From Anaerolineae bacterium (lineage in GTDB: Bacteria > Chloroflexota > Anaerolineae > B4-G1 > SLSP01): 39,981 nt of DNA. The position numbers and the translations under genes were made by a program. The notes under the pieces are model-generated. The model did not search any database, was not told the origin of the DNA, and was given only the letters and a program-made list of their open reading frames with translations. The stretch spans positions 1 through 39,981 of the forward strand of contig JAGPHL010000002.1 in NCBI GenBank assembly GCA_018055515.1, in the 5' to 3' direction. Shown piece after piece: positions 39,840 through 39,981 of this stretch. Within the stretch, counting starts at the first letter, position 1, and every line of letters starts with the position of its first letter.

Positions 39840-39864
39840 ATGTGTTTATTTTCGAGGAGACGCC

Positions 39865-39981
39865 ATGTGCTGGCGCACATCATCCAAGGATGATCGCGTC
39901 AAGAAGCCCGTAATGATGGGAAAGGAGGCTTCCTGGAAATTCATTGAGGTTAGCCAGTGGGTGCAAAGCCCACCTACCCAA
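39865..39981 (+). CDS. Possible partial CDS (5' end only), unknown product
   Basis: The ATG is preceded by TATTTTCGAGGAGacgcc, the same leader context as four other genes here. The frame is open to the window end (39 codons, MCWRTSSKDDRVKKPVMMGKEASWKFIEV...). No homology was recognised. Confidence 0.3.
   Translation, partial: MCWRTSSKDDRVKKPVMMGKEASWKFIEVSQWVQSPPTQ

Noticed and set aside
1-39981. A search by eye of all intergenic regions and ORF translations for mobile elements, prophage, toxin-antitoxin or defence islands, tRNA genes and rRNA genes.
   Set aside because: No transposase, integrase, recombinase, restriction, Cas or TA-like ORFs were recognised. No cloverleaf-compatible 70-90-nt segment was seen in the intergenic regions. 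The window looks like core chromosome.

Overview
High-GC (by eye about 60-65%) bacterial chromosomal segment. A sortase, a bactofilin, a class II RNR, RtcB/archease and several leaderless-looking starts tentatively suggest a monoderm, Chloroflexi-like organism. This is inference only, since no marker RNA is present. I support about 36 protein genes, mostly housekeeping. On the minus strand: rpmH-rnpA-yidD-(PQQ propeller lipoprotein)-yidC-(jag-like). On the plus strand: rsgA, a secreted hypothetical, a HAD hydrolase, rlmI, a 741-aa membrane protein, ychF, and an orphan GAF/HisKA_3 histidine kinase with a membrane protein. A minus-strand envelope operon carries yigZ, GT2, a polyprenyl-phosphate sugar transferase, a methyltransferase, a sortase and a 58-aa membrane protein. 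Further genes are an aminotransferase behind a terminator-containing leader, a cold-shock protein with a long structured leader, and a minus-strand RNA-repair-like operon (P-loop protein, MobB::archease fusion, RtcB). The remainder comprises a PP2C phosphatase, yajC, a Wzz-like protein, a glutaredoxin-like protein divergent from nrdR-nrdJ with candidate NrdR boxes, a 1254-aa S8 protease, a CesA-like GT2, a bactofilin, a DUF4446 protein, a second glutaredoxin-like protein, an HExxH metalloprotease and murI. I found no rRNA, tRNA, CRISPR array, transposase or integrase. The many long antisense ORFs in the track look like high-GC artefacts. Three things stand out: (1) the MobB-archease fusion translationally coupled to RtcB, with an overlapping small P-loop gene; (2) a dispersed intergenic element family built from GTGAG/CTCAC-type heptamer and octamer tandem repeats, plus a conserved CTATTTTCGAGGAGG-N6-start leader shared by at least five genes; (3) two promoter-plus-terminator leaders (aminotransferase, csp) that look like undescribed cis-regulatory RNAs. 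All functional calls rest on motifs recognised by eye; no searches were run.
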